Shown one piece after another: positions 50,439 to 59,771 of a stretch of DNA of 64,000 bases. The notes below the pieces were generated by a model, which saw only the letters and a list, made by a program, of their open reading frames with translations, did not search any database and was not told the DNA's origin. The translations under genes were made by a program, and so were the position numbers. Numbering within the stretch: the first letter of the stretch is position 1; each line of letters opens with the position of its first letter. The DNA comes from Shigella phage CT01, in the sequence record OK018184. One strand, written 5' to 3'.

Positions 50439-50752
50439 TAAAAGAAACTTCTTTCACAATTTTTTCCACTGAACCATGCGCTCACTGCTTTCTTAGTCTC
50501 AGGAGCAGTGTTATCCATAAACCATTCAAAGGCAGCCTTTTTATGATTCTGGAGGGCTTCTCGGGCTTTAATCTGCTCACGGTCTATTAACACTAACATA
50601 TGAGCCTTTCTTGTCACCATGGGCTTCTTATGATTTTTTGAATACTCCCAGTCATTTGTCCATCGCATTGTCGTTGCGAACTTAAATACTGCTTCTTTAA
50701 TTTTAGTTTCGTAAATTTCACGAGCCTTTGAGTATAACATCATTACCTCCAT
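50438..50752 (-). CDS. hypothetical protein
   Basis: 104-aa ORF. Confidence 0.45.
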   Translation of the reverse strand: MEVMMLYSKAREIYETKIKEAVFKFATTMRWTNDWEYSKNHKKPMVTRKAHMLVLIDREQIKAREALQNHKKAAFEWFMDNTAPETKKAVSAWFSGKNCERSFF

Positions 50753-50841
50753 TCACCAGTTTAATTCTAGTTATCTTTTTAATGGCAGTCCATATAATCT
50801 ATTTCTGAACTGCCTTTTTGTCATAGAAGTCCTCTTATGAA

Positions 50842-51822
50842 TTATTTCAGAAGAGTAACCTCAGCAATTTCTTCCCAACCGTTTTTGTCGGTCATAATAA
50901 AGTCAGCAAGATAAAGAGCAGTACGCAGTGAAACATTGCGTAAACGATTAACATTAACTTTCATCCATGATAATGCTTTATAAGTTTCTTCATCAGAAAG
51001 ACCGCGCTTTTGCATCATGTCAGTTGAAAGAATAACATCTTCAACCCTGACCATAATTTCTTCATTAGTGTGAACACCCAAATCCAAATAAACCGAGCGG
51101 GACACTAATGCTTGTAAATGTGGAGCAAGTTTAGTACCACGGTCTAATTCGCGGTCAATGTCAACGTTTGTGATAAAAACAATCGTTCCTTTAAATTCAA
51201 ACTCACGCTCAATGCCTTTTTCTTCTAAGTAAGAAGATGCGGTGCTCCAGCAGACTTTACGGGTCTCTCCAGTGTCCAGAGCAGCTTTCAGAAGATTAAG
51301 AATGTCCATATCAGAGAAAACATCCACATCATCAATCAAAAGGACAGAATTCTCTTCACGATTATTCCAAAGCTGTTCATAAAGACCGATACCAGAGATT
51401 TTACCATTAATGCTTTTATATTCAATGTATCCATTATCATTTGCTTTATTCAAAGCTTTATCTAAAGAATACGTTTTACCAATACCCGCCGCACCAGAGA
51501 TAATTAATGAACGAATATTTCCGTTAATAATACCATTCGTCATCATTCCCATAACATTAAATCTTTTATTAATGCGGGTTTTCATATCTTCATATGATTC
51601 TTTAACTTCTTCAACTTTTACACCATCATATGAAATGTCTGATTTGTAAACCCAAACACCGCGACGCTTACCGTCAATTTCAACAAAAACTTTACCATCT
51701 CCTTGTGCATCTACCGGAGCATTATCTGGGAACCATTCACCTAAGAGCTCAAAAGTTCCAGAGATTTCTTTACCGAAGTAGATACCCTTATTGATAGTTA
51801 CAGTTTTCATTTTATTCTCCAA
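50842..51822 (-). CDS. P-loop ATPase
   Basis: 326 aa with Walker A GAAGIGKTYS and Walker B-like LLIDDVD. Confidence 0.6.
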   Translation of the reverse strand: MENKMKTVTINKGIYFGKEISGTFELLGEWFPDNAPVDAQGDGKVFVEIDGKRRGVWVYKSDISYDGVKVEEVKESYEDMKTRINKRFNVMGMMTNGIINGNIRSLIISGAAGIGKTYSLDKALNKANDNGYIEYKSINGKISGIGLYEQLWNNREENSVLLIDDVDVFSDMDILNLLKAALDTGETRKVCWSTASSYLEEKGIEREFEFKGTIVFITNVDIDRELDRGTKLAPHLQALVSRSVYLDLGVHTNEEIMVRVEDVILSTDMMQKRGLSDEETYKALSWMKVNVNRLRNVSLRTALYLADFIMTDKNGWEEIAEVTLLK

Positions 51823-51842
51823 TTTTACATTTGTTTTGATAG

Positions 51843-51879
51843 GGTAATAGTATCACACTACTACCCTGCTGTAAACAAT
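51843..51879 (-). promoter_or_regulatory. T4-type early promoter
   Basis: Reverse strand GTTTAC (gtaaac 51871..51876) ... TACTAT. Confidence 0.5.
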
Positions 51880-52143
51880 TTATTTTAATGTTTGCCAAAT
51901 TTTTACTGCTTCGCGACGAGATACTTCTACGGCGCCAAGTTCTATAGCTTTTTGGCGTCGCCGAGCGTGTAAGTCATAATGTTTAATGCGTTTATCTTGA
52001 AACCAAGAACGTTTCATTCCTATTGCTTCTGCCATTTCATGAAGCTCTTCAATATCTCCATCAGTGAACATATGACAATTTTTAGTTGGATGACCGCGAA
52101 GTTTCCATCCATGATTCATTAAAACATCTACGTAAACTGTCAT
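51880..52143 (-). CDS. hypothetical protein (intact copy)
   Basis: 87-aa ORF MTVYVDVLMNHGWKLRGHPTKN... Confidence 0.55.
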   Translation of the reverse strand: MTVYVDVLMNHGWKLRGHPTKNCHMFTDGDIEELHEMAEAIGMKRSWFQDKRIKHYDLHARRRQKAIELGAVEVSRREAVKIWQTLK

Positions 52144-52306
52144 TGATTCTTCTCCAAATACATTCCTATTGCTTCTGCCATTTCATGAAGCTCTTCAATA
52201 TCTCCATCAGTGAACATATGACAATTTTTAGTTGGATGACCGCGAAGTTTCCATCCATGATTCATTAAAACATCTACGTAAACTGTCATTGATTCTTCTC
52301 CAAATA
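52015..52306. repeat. perfect tandem duplication, 2 x 146 bp, spanning the 5' end of gene 51880..52143
   Basis: 52015..52160 identical to 52161..52306. Confidence 0.9.
52140..52289 (-). pseudogene. duplicated 5' fragment (43 codons) of gene 51880..52143 ending in YLEKNQ-stop
   Basis: Second ATG at 52287..52289 inside repeat copy 2. Confidence 0.55.
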
Positions 52307-52435
52307 AGTTTCGATAATTTTCTGAGCGAGATAAACTGCATTATCTTCAGTTGCATCTTCTAAGAAACTTTCAAAACACTCTGAAATTTCTTCTGTGTCA
52401 ATCAACTTTTTTACTTCAATTGGTGTAATTTTCAT
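52286..52435 (-). CDS. hypothetical small protein
   Basis: Track ORF 52286..52504; start at MKITPIEVKK downstream of the promoter; stop overlaps the next start (ATGA). Confidence 0.45.
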   Translation of the reverse strand: MKITPIEVKKLIDTEEISECFESFLEDATEDNAVYLAQKIIETYLEKNQ

Positions 52436-52467
52436 TTTGTTTTTCCGTTTAAGTGTTTGTTTTGATA

Positions 52468-52505
52468 GTTGTATAGTACCATAAAGCTTTATGCTTGTAA
52501 ACAAT
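52468..52505 (-). promoter_or_regulatory. T4-type early promoter with A-rich upstream element
   Basis: Reverse strand aaaaatttttcacaaaattGTTTAC (gtaaac 52497..52502) ... TACTATACA. Confidence 0.55.
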
Positions 52506-52532
52506 TTTGTGAAAAATTTTTGAAATAAAAAA

Positions 52533-52550
52533 GGGAGCCCGAAGGCTCCC
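52533..52550 (-). terminator. UUCG-tetraloop hairpin
   Basis: gggagcccgaaggctccc. Confidence 0.45.
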
Positions 52551-52552
52551 TA

Positions 52553-53566
52553 TCATTTATAATAACTTCGGTGGTTTTCAAGATAAACCCTCTCAAGGAA
52601 GTCATCCCAAAAACCCATGTCTACTTTTTGCTGCATACCGTTCTTAGAAGCTTCAGTAGATGCTGCTTCTACTTGATCGACCACATCTTCCAAAAACTCT
52701 TGAACCGTTTTAAATGGATGTTTACCCAACTTCACGTCGAGAATAAATGGAGCATCTTGGAGTGGATAAACCAAGTCACCAGTTTTGTAAATTTCCAATA
52801 GTTGGAGTCCACCACGGCAAGCATGACTCAGAGCTTTCCAGTCAATACCTTCATTGGCTTCGGCCTTACGAGCACGTTCACCGTATTCAGCATCTAATTT
52901 GTTCAGTGACTGCTTAAGCTCAATAAGAGAAAGCGTTGTCTGATATTTACGACCCAACACTGTGTAGAACGTCTGTGGGCCTGTTTTCTCATGATTATGG
53001 AATACCCATTCGCAGAATTCGTTCTCTGGAAGACGATGCTTAATATCTTCAACTTTAGTACGACGTTGTCCTTGTGTTCCATCTTCTCGGTAATCAACCC
53101 ACTGATCGGGGATTTGATTAACTACTTTCAATACATCACGTAATGCAGCCAAACGAGAACCCTTAACACCATATTTAGAAGCTTGCTTGCGGACATATCC
53201 TAAATAGGATTTCATGTTAGTCGTATAAAAACGAGAACGATTGTCTTGAATAAACTTCCATACATCAGGCAAATCAGATTTAACCACTAGCTCAGGTGGA
53301 GTGTGAAGCATATCCAATGCTACAGTTTCACCATCTGCTGCTAATTTAAAGAAATACTTAAGACTGTATAGTTCATGGTCAATATCATCTTTAGTGTTTT
53401 TAGATGATGTGTTGTTAGTGTTTTTACTCATATGCTCTTTAACATTTCCGATAAGAATATCACGAGCAGGAGGAACAAAGATTTCTTTAAAATCTACATC
53501 AGATTCTGGAGTAGAAGTTCCATAAAGATGACTACCGAAATAGCTTTTCATTACTGTTTTCATCAT
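52553..53566 (-). CDS. hypothetical protein (conserved large ORF)
   Basis: 337-aa ORF. Confidence 0.55.
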   Translation of the reverse strand: MMKTVMKSYFGSHLYGTSTPESDVDFKEIFVPPARDILIGNVKEHMSKNTNNTSSKNTKDDIDHELYSLKYFFKLAADGETVALDMLHTPPELVVKSDLPDVWKFIQDNRSRFYTTNMKSYLGYVRKQASKYGVKGSRLAALRDVLKVVNQIPDQWVDYREDGTQGQRRTKVEDIKHRLPENEFCEWVFHNHEKTGPQTFYTVLGRKYQTTLSLIELKQSLNKLDAEYGERARKAEANEGIDWKALSHACRGGLQLLEIYKTGDLVYPLQDAPFILDVKLGKHPFKTVQEFLEDVVDQVEAASTEASKNGMQQKVDMGFWDDFLERVYLENHRSYYK

Positions 53567-54024
53567 TCAGCCTTATATTCAATAACAGGACATACTTTAG
53601 CTTTACGCGTTTTTAAAAATTCGACGATAATAGATTTCTTGGGTTGAATAGGAGGTAAACCTTTATACGCCCTATCAATATTTTCTACATGTAAAGCATA
53701 ATCCTTTTTCCATTTATAATCTTTATATTTTTCATGTAGTTGTGCAGGAATAACAAATGAACCGATAATAAGTAAAACAAGAAAAATGGCAAGTATAAAT
53801 GCTGATGGAATAAGAGTCCATAAACTACCAAAAATAAGCCATTTCTGCATGATTTCTGCGCAGATGATAGTTAGACCTGCGAGTATAGTACATCCGAAAA
53901 AAGAAACGAAAAATGTAGGAATAACAATAGACCAAAAATACGCGCACAGTGTCTTAGGTCGTTTCCATTCATCATTAAACATTTTGAATAATTTATAGTG
54001 CCAAGAGCTTTCATTAATAATCAT
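53563..54024 (-). CDS. membrane protein
   Basis: 153 aa with three predicted TM helices. Confidence 0.5.
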   Translation of the reverse strand: MIINESSWHYKLFKMFNDEWKRPKTLCAYFWSIVIPTFFVSFFGCTILAGLTIICAEIMQKWLIFGSLWTLIPSAFILAIFLVLLIIGSFVIPAQLHEKYKDYKWKKDYALHVENIDRAYKGLPPIQPKKSIIVEFLKTRKAKVCPVIEYKAE

Positions 54025-54026
54025 AA

Positions 54027-54548
54027 TTATCCTTTCATTGAAGGTGTAACAGTTGTTAAATACTTAATCATAGCCTCAGCTTCTGATTTTGATAATGAAA
54101 TTTCTCCATTGTTTTGACGAATAGAAATAAAATCAGGATGACGGTCACCACCAGCTTTTAAAACACACATATAAGTATCAGTTTCATCTTCAATATTTGA
54201 AATGATTGAAGCAGTTCCACATGAATGTGGTTTTTGATAAATCAATGCAGCTTTTCTTCCACCGTTTGACTGTTCATAAACTTTTAACACATCAAACAAA
54301 TCACTTCTTTTATCAATAGCTAAGATGTTATTTTCATCTTCAATGTTAAATCCTTCGGATACTTCATAAAGTGTCACCCATAAATCACCGATGTCAATAA
54401 CAGCATTTACTTTTCCATGACTTTCAAGAGCACGGCAAATTTTCTTGATTTCGTCATAACTCATTTTAATAATATCATCTCCTTGAATAAGGAAGATGTC
54501 ATTTTTAAATTCAACACGAATTAAACCACTTTCACTTGAAATAAACAT
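54027..54548 (-). CDS. hypothetical protein, paralog of 54555..55121
   Basis: 173 aa; C-terminal motif EAEAMIKYLTTVTPSM similar to DEAIALKTYLDSVIPTM in the neighbour. Confidence 0.5.
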   Translation of the reverse strand: MFISSESGLIRVEFKNDIFLIQGDDIIKMSYDEIKKICRALESHGKVNAVIDIGDLWVTLYEVSEGFNIEDENNILAIDKRSDLFDVLKVYEQSNGGRKAALIYQKPHSCGTASIISNIEDETDTYMCVLKAGGDRHPDFISIRQNNGEISLSKSEAEAMIKYLTTVTPSMKG

Positions 54549-54554
54549 ATTTCC

Positions 54555-55121
54555 TCACTTTGAAATCATAGTTGGAATGACAGAATCAAGATAAGTCTTT
54601 AGCGCAATAGCTTCGTCTTTGGTAAATGTGACAATATGTGATCGAAAATCATCAATTTGACGAATAGTTAAGACATCTCCCTCTTCATAACATTTTGATA
54701 CATTTAAAAGAGTTTCATCATTCTGATCGCACTGATCGCAATCGTTAGTAATAATAGCATTGCAATTTTTGAGCCATTTTAAACTATGTTTTCTTTCATT
54801 AGAATAATAAAAATATTTAATCTTAGCTATAAAACTATCCCAATGAATAACTGATAAACACATTGACTCACTTTTAATATTAAATCCTGGGCATGAAGAA
54901 TAAAAATGAATTTTGTGCTCATCATTGATGCTTACTATTTTATCAGTATAAGGATATTCAATTTGGGTTAAATGAATGATTTCACTAGGCGTAAAATACA
55001 GCATATCGTCTTCTTGCGTCAAACGATACATGTTATTTACTTTTTCTATAGCCAATTCACCAAAAAGCGGACTAACTTCTAATACTAATCGTTTCATATT
55101 GATTCTCTTCGACTCACTCAC
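54555..55121 (-). CDS. hypothetical protein, paralog of 54027..54548
   Basis: 188-aa ORF. Confidence 0.5.
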   Translation of the reverse strand: MSESKRINMKRLVLEVSPLFGELAIEKVNNMYRLTQEDDMLYFTPSEIIHLTQIEYPYTDKIVSINDEHKIHFYSSCPGFNIKSESMCLSVIHWDSFIAKIKYFYYSNERKHSLKWLKNCNAIITNDCDQCDQNDETLLNVSKCYEEGDVLTIRQIDDFRSHIVTFTKDEAIALKTYLDSVIPTMISK

Positions 55122-55451
55122 AATTACATACTCCTTTGAATAATATCAATAATGTTGTTCACTAGATTATAAGTAAACATTGGGTAATTATATTGAATCA
55201 TCACATACACAACAAACAAAACTTTCATTCTCTTCTCCTTGGCAGTTGACAAGATTACTATATCATAACCTTGCCAACTTGTAAACCATTAAATGACGTT
55301 TTCAATAAAATTCTGAAGCTTTGTGTGAGCATCAACCATGATTTTCATTTCTTCCTTTGCGAAAGCTGTACCTCTTTCTCGAGCAGAATACTCATAGTCA
55401 GAAACTGCATTAGCATATTCTTCAATTAGCTTCATTAAAAACATCTGCTTT

Positions 55452-55646
55452 TCAGTTTTCATTATTCCACCTAATCATTTCAAGATATTGAACTAACTTA
55501 GCTTTGGATTTATCCAAATCCTTTTTAGCTGCTTCTATACCATCGTATGAATATCCTTCACAGTGCTCAACTGCTAATTGATATGAATCTATTTCAACAT
55601 CACGTGCTAATTTAATGATTTTTTCAAACTGTTCGTGTGTCAGCAT
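55452..55646 (-). CDS. hypothetical small protein
   Basis: 64-aa ORF. Confidence 0.4.
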   Translation of the reverse strand: MLTHEQFEKIIKLARDVEIDSYQLAVEHCEGYSYDGIEAAKKDLDKSKAKLVQYLEMIRWNNEN

Positions 55647-55648
55647 AC

Positions 55649-55852
55649 TTAAACTCTCGTATTATGATCGATAATTTCATCAAGAAACATATCTAAAGCT
55701 TCTACAGCATTATCAACTTTAGCTTCAAGTTCTTCAGCGCCTTTATTTGCAATGCCTGCCGAAAACCAAGCAAAGTCACTAAGTTCCTCGTCTGCTTTGC
55801 GAATTAAAGCTACCAATTCTTTAATTTTATCTGCTTGTTCGATACTAATCAT
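55649..55852 (-). CDS. hypothetical small protein
   Basis: 67-aa ORF. Confidence 0.4.
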   Translation of the reverse strand: MISIEQADKIKELVALIRKADEELSDFAWFSAGIANKGAEELEAKVDNAVEALDMFLDEIIDHNTRV

Positions 55853-56040
55853 TATTCAACCACATATGAAAGAGAGAATATTGCACACGCCATATGAGTT
55901 GCAGCTTCATCACACATATCATAACGTTTCTTAAGAAGTTCTTCAAGTTCTTCACTAGTAACATCATCCATGTTGACGAAAAAATCACCATTAATGATGA
56001 CGTAGATATTTCCTTCTTGATTAAGTGCTTCAATTTTCAT
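55852..56040 (-). CDS. hypothetical small protein
   Basis: Track ORF 55852..56187; start at [10 protein letters not shown] downstream of the promoter. Confidence 0.45.
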   Translation of the reverse strand: MKIEALNQEGNIYVIINGDFFVNMDDVTSEELEELLKKRYDMCDEAATHMACAIFSLSYVVE

Positions 56041-56065
56041 GATGTTCTCCTCTTTATCCGATGGT

Positions 56066-56101
56066 TGTATAGTATCACAGCTCAAATGGAAAGTAAACCA
56101 G
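56066..56101 (-). promoter_or_regulatory. T4-type early promoter
   Basis: Reverse strand GTTTAC (gtaaac 56093..56098) ... TACTATACA. Confidence 0.5.
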
Positions 56102-56112
56102 TAAAATGAAAA

Positions 56113-56130
56113 AGTCTCCCGAAGGAGACT
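56113..56130 (-). terminator. UUCG-tetraloop hairpin
   Basis: agtctcccgaaggagact. Confidence 0.45.
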
Positions 56131-56134
56131 AATG

Positions 56135-56521
56135 TTATTCGAGGGAAAGAAGATACTTACTCTGGTAAAACATTCCAGTAATATCATCTATCGTGCTTTG
56201 AATGGCTGGAGGCATTTCTTTGTAAATGCTGTTAGATTGGTCTAGTATACGATCAATCATTTTAATTGTGTCGGTAGGAAGTTTACTAGCATCTGGAATT
56301 GAAGGTGTGTATTTTCTACCAGAATACCCCAAATATTGCTCGCCAAATTTATCAATCAAATCTGGCAACTCGGAAAAAATAAAATCGTATGCTTTGTGTC
56401 TAGCATAACTTTTAGTTTCAAAATGCGCAGAATGAAAATAAGCTTGTGCAGCCATTAATAAACCTAAGTATTCATCTGCCTTTGAAGGTTTTCCACTTTG
56501 TGAAAAGTCGCTGAATTTCAT
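56135..56521 (-). CDS. hypothetical protein
   Basis: 128-aa ORF. Confidence 0.5.
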   Translation of the reverse strand: MKFSDFSQSGKPSKADEYLGLLMAAQAYFHSAHFETKSYARHKAYDFIFSELPDLIDKFGEQYLGYSGRKYTPSIPDASKLPTDTIKMIDRILDQSNSIYKEMPPAIQSTIDDITGMFYQSKYLLSLE

Positions 56522-56811
56522 TCAGTCTCCAATTTAATGTTCATAATTCTAGCGTATGATTGTGCCATCTCCGCGCCTCGCTCTATACATTCAAAATCAG
56601 AAGAGCACGGGTCATTTTTATAGGTCGTTCTCATAAAACTATAGAATTGTTCAGACGATTCTACGCTTTTATTTTCAAAAAGTGTATAAACGTGCCTAAT
56701 ACCAGATTCCATAAATTTATCAAAATGAGGATCGACATTCGCTTCAATCGGCGGAGATAAAACAAACGCTAATCCTAGCATGGCGAATAGTGCCGTTGCT
56801 TTTAAGGCCAT
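56518..56811 (-). CDS. rI: lysis inhibition regulator RI (antiholin)
   Basis: 97 aa, MALKATALFAMLGLAFVLSPPIEANVDPHFDKFMESGIRHVY..., near-identical to recalled T4 RI. Confidence 0.9.
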   Translation of the reverse strand: MALKATALFAMLGLAFVLSPPIEANVDPHFDKFMESGIRHVYTLFENKSVESSEQFYSFMRTTYKNDPCSSDFECIERGAEMAQSYARIMNIKLETE

Positions 56812-56823
56812 AAAGGCCTCCTA

Positions 56824-57036
56824 TCATTTTTGTCCTGTATTTACTTTATGCCGGTGCACGGCCTTAACTTTATCAAGGTATTTTTCAAAATTTCGCAATC
56901 TAGTATAGTCTGCCGGAGATTGGTTGAGCGATACTTCTCGACGCAAAGCTGAAATGATATTTCCAACTTCCCTACGAATTTCATCTAATTGAAGCACAGT
57001 AAGATTGCGAAGTTGCTTTTCAGTTAATTGTAGCAT
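56824..57036 (-). CDS. hypothetical small protein (rI.1 position)
   Basis: 70-aa ORF. Confidence 0.45.
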
Positions 57037-57078
57037 ATATACCCCTTTAGTTAGATAAACCTATTTATAACTTTTGCA

Positions 57079-57660
57079 CTAACCGAGCTTTTTAGTTAAT
57101 TCATTCCAATGTTTTCTACACAAAGAAACGTAAATTTCATCACCAATACAGATTTGATTACCTTCTTTAACTGGTGTTCCATCTTCCATTAATCGAGCTG
57201 TCATAATCGCTTTTTTACCGCAATGACAAACTGCTTTTAGTTCAATAAGTTTATCTGCAATCGCCAAAAGTTCTTTAGAACCTTCAAATAATTTTCCAGC
57301 GAAATCAGTCCTTAGTCCATAAGCCATAACAGGAACATTATATGTATCAACAATTCGGCTTAATTGATGTACCTGTTCAGTTTTTAAAAACTGTGCTTCA
57401 TCTACAAATACGCAATGAATATCTTTTTGTGCTTCAGCCCATTTATAGAACTCAAAAATATCCATATCATCCGTAATAATATTCGCTTCCTGCTTAATTC
57501 CAATGCGAGAAACGACTTCACAGACAGAATCGCGAGTATCAATAGCAGGTTTAAGAACTAATACACCCATTCCGCGTTCTTTATAATTATGCGCAGCAGT
57601 CAAAAGAGAAGCAGATTTTCCAGCATTCATTGCTGCATAAGTAAAAATTAAACTCGCCAT
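57079..57660 (-). CDS. tk: thymidine kinase
   Basis: 193 aa; P-loop AAMNAGKS; zinc-binding CHCG...C; size as T4 Tk. Confidence 0.9.
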   Translation of the reverse strand: MASLIFTYAAMNAGKSASLLTAAHNYKERGMGVLVLKPAIDTRDSVCEVVSRIGIKQEANIITDDMDIFEFYKWAEAQKDIHCVFVDEAQFLKTEQVHQLSRIVDTYNVPVMAYGLRTDFAGKLFEGSKELLAIADKLIELKAVCHCGKKAIMTARLMEDGTPVKEGNQICIGDEIYVSLCRKHWNELTKKLG

Positions 57661-57669
57661 ATCACCTTC

Positions 57670-57855
57670 TTAAAGCGTATTCACATAAGCTATTAATTCG
57701 TTTTCTTTCTTATCAAACCGATCAGCAAATTCTTCCTGCTGTTCGGGAGATAGCGGGCCGTATTCATCATAAAAGGTGTTTGCTTCTGTATGCTCATCTA
57801 GAAGTTCATGGATAAGCTCAAACAATTTATCTTTTTGTTCTTTGCTCAGACTCAT
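57670..57855 (-). CDS. hypothetical small acidic protein
   Basis: 61-aa ORF. Confidence 0.4.
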   Translation of the reverse strand: MSLSKEQKDKLFELIHELLDEHTEANTFYDEYGPLSPEQQEEFADRFDKKENELIAYVNTL

Positions 57856-58021
57856 ATATTAATTTCCAGAAGTTTTAAAATAATTCGCTTTTGCTTAAAT
57901 ATTTCCATAGTTAAATGATCAGTATCTTTTTGACCAATTCCAATGGCAAAACCTTTATTAACAGCGAGTTCAATTAAATTATCAAGTTCACGTAACACTT
58001 CATATTGTAACTCAAAACTAT

Positions 58022-58249
58022 TCATTTTGGTTTACCTTCTTTAACGAAATCAGGATAAGCAAAAATTCCTGAATAAAATCCTTCGCCTTTATGATTGATG
58101 CATCCTTTATTAGAGCAATAGCACCAATAATCGAAATCACAAGCCATTTCATCATTGCATAAAGCAAAAACAACTGGCCATTTACACTTTTCACAATGGG
58201 CATTTTTAAGAATACTAGTTTGGCTCATAACCATGTAACCTTTAAGCAA
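58022..58249 (-). CDS. Cys-rich small protein
   Basis: 75 aa with multiple Cys/His (CEKCKW...CNDEMACDFDYWCYCSNKGCINH); preferred over the overlapping ORF 58018..58203. Confidence 0.4.
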   Translation of the reverse strand: MLKGYMVMSQTSILKNAHCEKCKWPVVFALCNDEMACDFDYWCYCSNKGCINHKGEGFYSGIFAYPDFVKEGKPK

Positions 58250-58437
58250 TATTCTTCTACATGTTGTTTACGACCTTTCTTATCAATAAAGGTATATTCA
58301 ACGAATGTTCCAATATAGTCTTTATCTACATCATGTGGACTATTAATTGGGCATTTAGTACGGCAAATGCGTTCCCATTGACGAATAATTTCCGCTTTAT
58401 TTTTAGGGTCAAACGGATGCGGGTAATGTGCTTTCAT
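58225..58437 (-). CDS. hypothetical small protein
   Basis: 70-aa ORF. Confidence 0.4.
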   Translation of the reverse strand: MKAHYPHPFDPKNKAEIIRQWERICRTKCPINSPHDVDKDYIGTFVEYTFIDKKGRKQHVEEYCLKVTWL

Positions 58438-58888
58438 AATCCACCACTATTAAATCAATATCAGGAGTAAACATGTCGATTAATTTAGAAACCTTATCCC
58501 AATCGCCTCCAGCAATACCGCAACCTATGCGTGGAATATAAATTACTGGTTTAAACAAAAGGGTCTCTGCCTGTAGATTTAATTCTATCATGCAGTTTAC
58601 TAAAGCACCATAATCAAGATTAGGACCCGGTTCGTATTGTGTATACAGGTTATAGCATATACCAAATCCTGTAGGATTATGTTTAAAAACAATAGACATA
58701 TCGCCTAATTTATCACGAGAACCGTACTCGGTAGTGGTTTTATCTATTTCTAAAATTTTGGGATAGGCTCTTGCTAATTGACCCGCTACACCAGAGCCCA
58801 TTGTGTGGAAGCAGTTGCATCCGTGCGCAATAATATTACCTTGAAGAAATAGGGCGACAATATCGCCCTTGATATATTTTACAATCAT
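58409..58888 (-). CDS. macro-domain-like protein (putative ADP-ribose binding or processing)
   Basis: 159 aa; motifs GDIV...IAHGCNCFHTMGSGVAGQLA and IGCGIAGGDW resemble macro-domain signatures. Confidence 0.5.
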   Translation of the reverse strand: MIVKYIKGDIVALFLQGNIIAHGCNCFHTMGSGVAGQLARAYPKILEIDKTTTEYGSRDKLGDMSIVFKHNPTGFGICYNLYTQYEPGPNLDYGALVNCMIELNLQAETLLFKPVIYIPRIGCGIAGGDWDKVSKLIDMFTPDIDLIVVDYESTLPASV

Positions 58889-59226
58889 CTAGTACTCAAT
58901 CCTCGATTATAAGAATCTACCAAACGGTCAACCATTGAATGACAAGCGGCTTTATCTTTCTCCTCCGCAACTGAACATTCTAAGGTATTCCACTTTTTAG
59001 CATATCGTTTTAATAAAGTATCATTTTTGTATCTGCTTGATTTATCTCTTTCTCCGTCTTTATATGCATATATTAATTTCTGCGCAAATTCAGCTTGGCA
59101 TGCTTTATTTTTCCCACAATAATCCGCGGCAGTACGGTTTACATACTCTCTAATTTCAGTGTATGATGTATTTGCTAACGCAGAAAATGAAATTAATCCT
59201 ACACATAAAACCAAAATTTTAGTCAT
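58885..59226 (-). CDS. secreted small protein (vs region)
   Basis: 113 aa with signal peptide MTKILVLCVGLISFSALA. Confidence 0.45.
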   Translation of the reverse strand: MTKILVLCVGLISFSALANTSYTEIREYVNRTAADYCGKNKACQAEFAQKLIYAYKDGERDKSSRYKNDTLLKRYAKKWNTLECSVAEEKDKAACHSMVDRLVDSYNRGLSTR

Positions 59227-59764
59227 TTACTATTTCCAGTAGTTTATTATTTTTAAGGTAGTTAGCCTTTTCTAGGACTTCAGAAGCATATTTAGAACCT
59301 GCTTTAACATTCCATCCCGAATTATAAGAGGATATTGCCTTTCTTATATCGCCCTTATGTATATTTAACCAATAAGAAAGTTCAATGTACGCCCAGGAAG
59401 CTGAATTGGACCGTTTATTCAACATTCTTTTTATTTCGGCATCGGTCATATTATAACCAAGTTCCTTAACTCTTGCTCGCATGGTCGGCAAATAATTTTG
59501 GAACATTCCATAGGCATGATGCTTTGGTTTAGATTTTAAATTAACTCCGGCAGAGCTTTCTTGCCATAAAATAGCAGCCATTATATGACCTAATCCACTC
59601 TTGTGGATATTTTTGTGTGTTTTATATTTTCCATCCTTAGAAAATTGTTCCCCGAATTGATATGCGTAACGCATGTTATCGAGTTGGACATTACTGAAAG
59701 TATGCTCGGAGCTATGTGCCATCATTGAAATGGCCAATAGACCAGCGAGTAGTGCTTTTCTCAT
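59219..59764 (-). CDS. secreted lytic transglycosylase-like protein
   Basis: 181 aa; signal peptide; WQESSAG motif typical of the SLT domain. Confidence 0.55.
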   Translation of the reverse strand: MRKALLAGLLAISMMAHSSEHTFSNVQLDNMRYAYQFGEQFSKDGKYKTHKNIHKSGLGHIMAAILWQESSAGVNLKSKPKHHAYGMFQNYLPTMRARVKELGYNMTDAEIKRMLNKRSNSASWAYIELSYWLNIHKGDIRKAISSYNSGWNVKAGSKYASEVLEKANYLKNNKLLEIVND

Positions 59765-59771
59765 GCTTACC

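Noticed and set aside
58018-58203. Hydrophobic 61-aa ORF overlapping the Cys-rich ORF 58022..58249 in another frame
   Set aside because: Only one of the two can plausibly be translated; the Cys-rich frame has the more protein-like composition.
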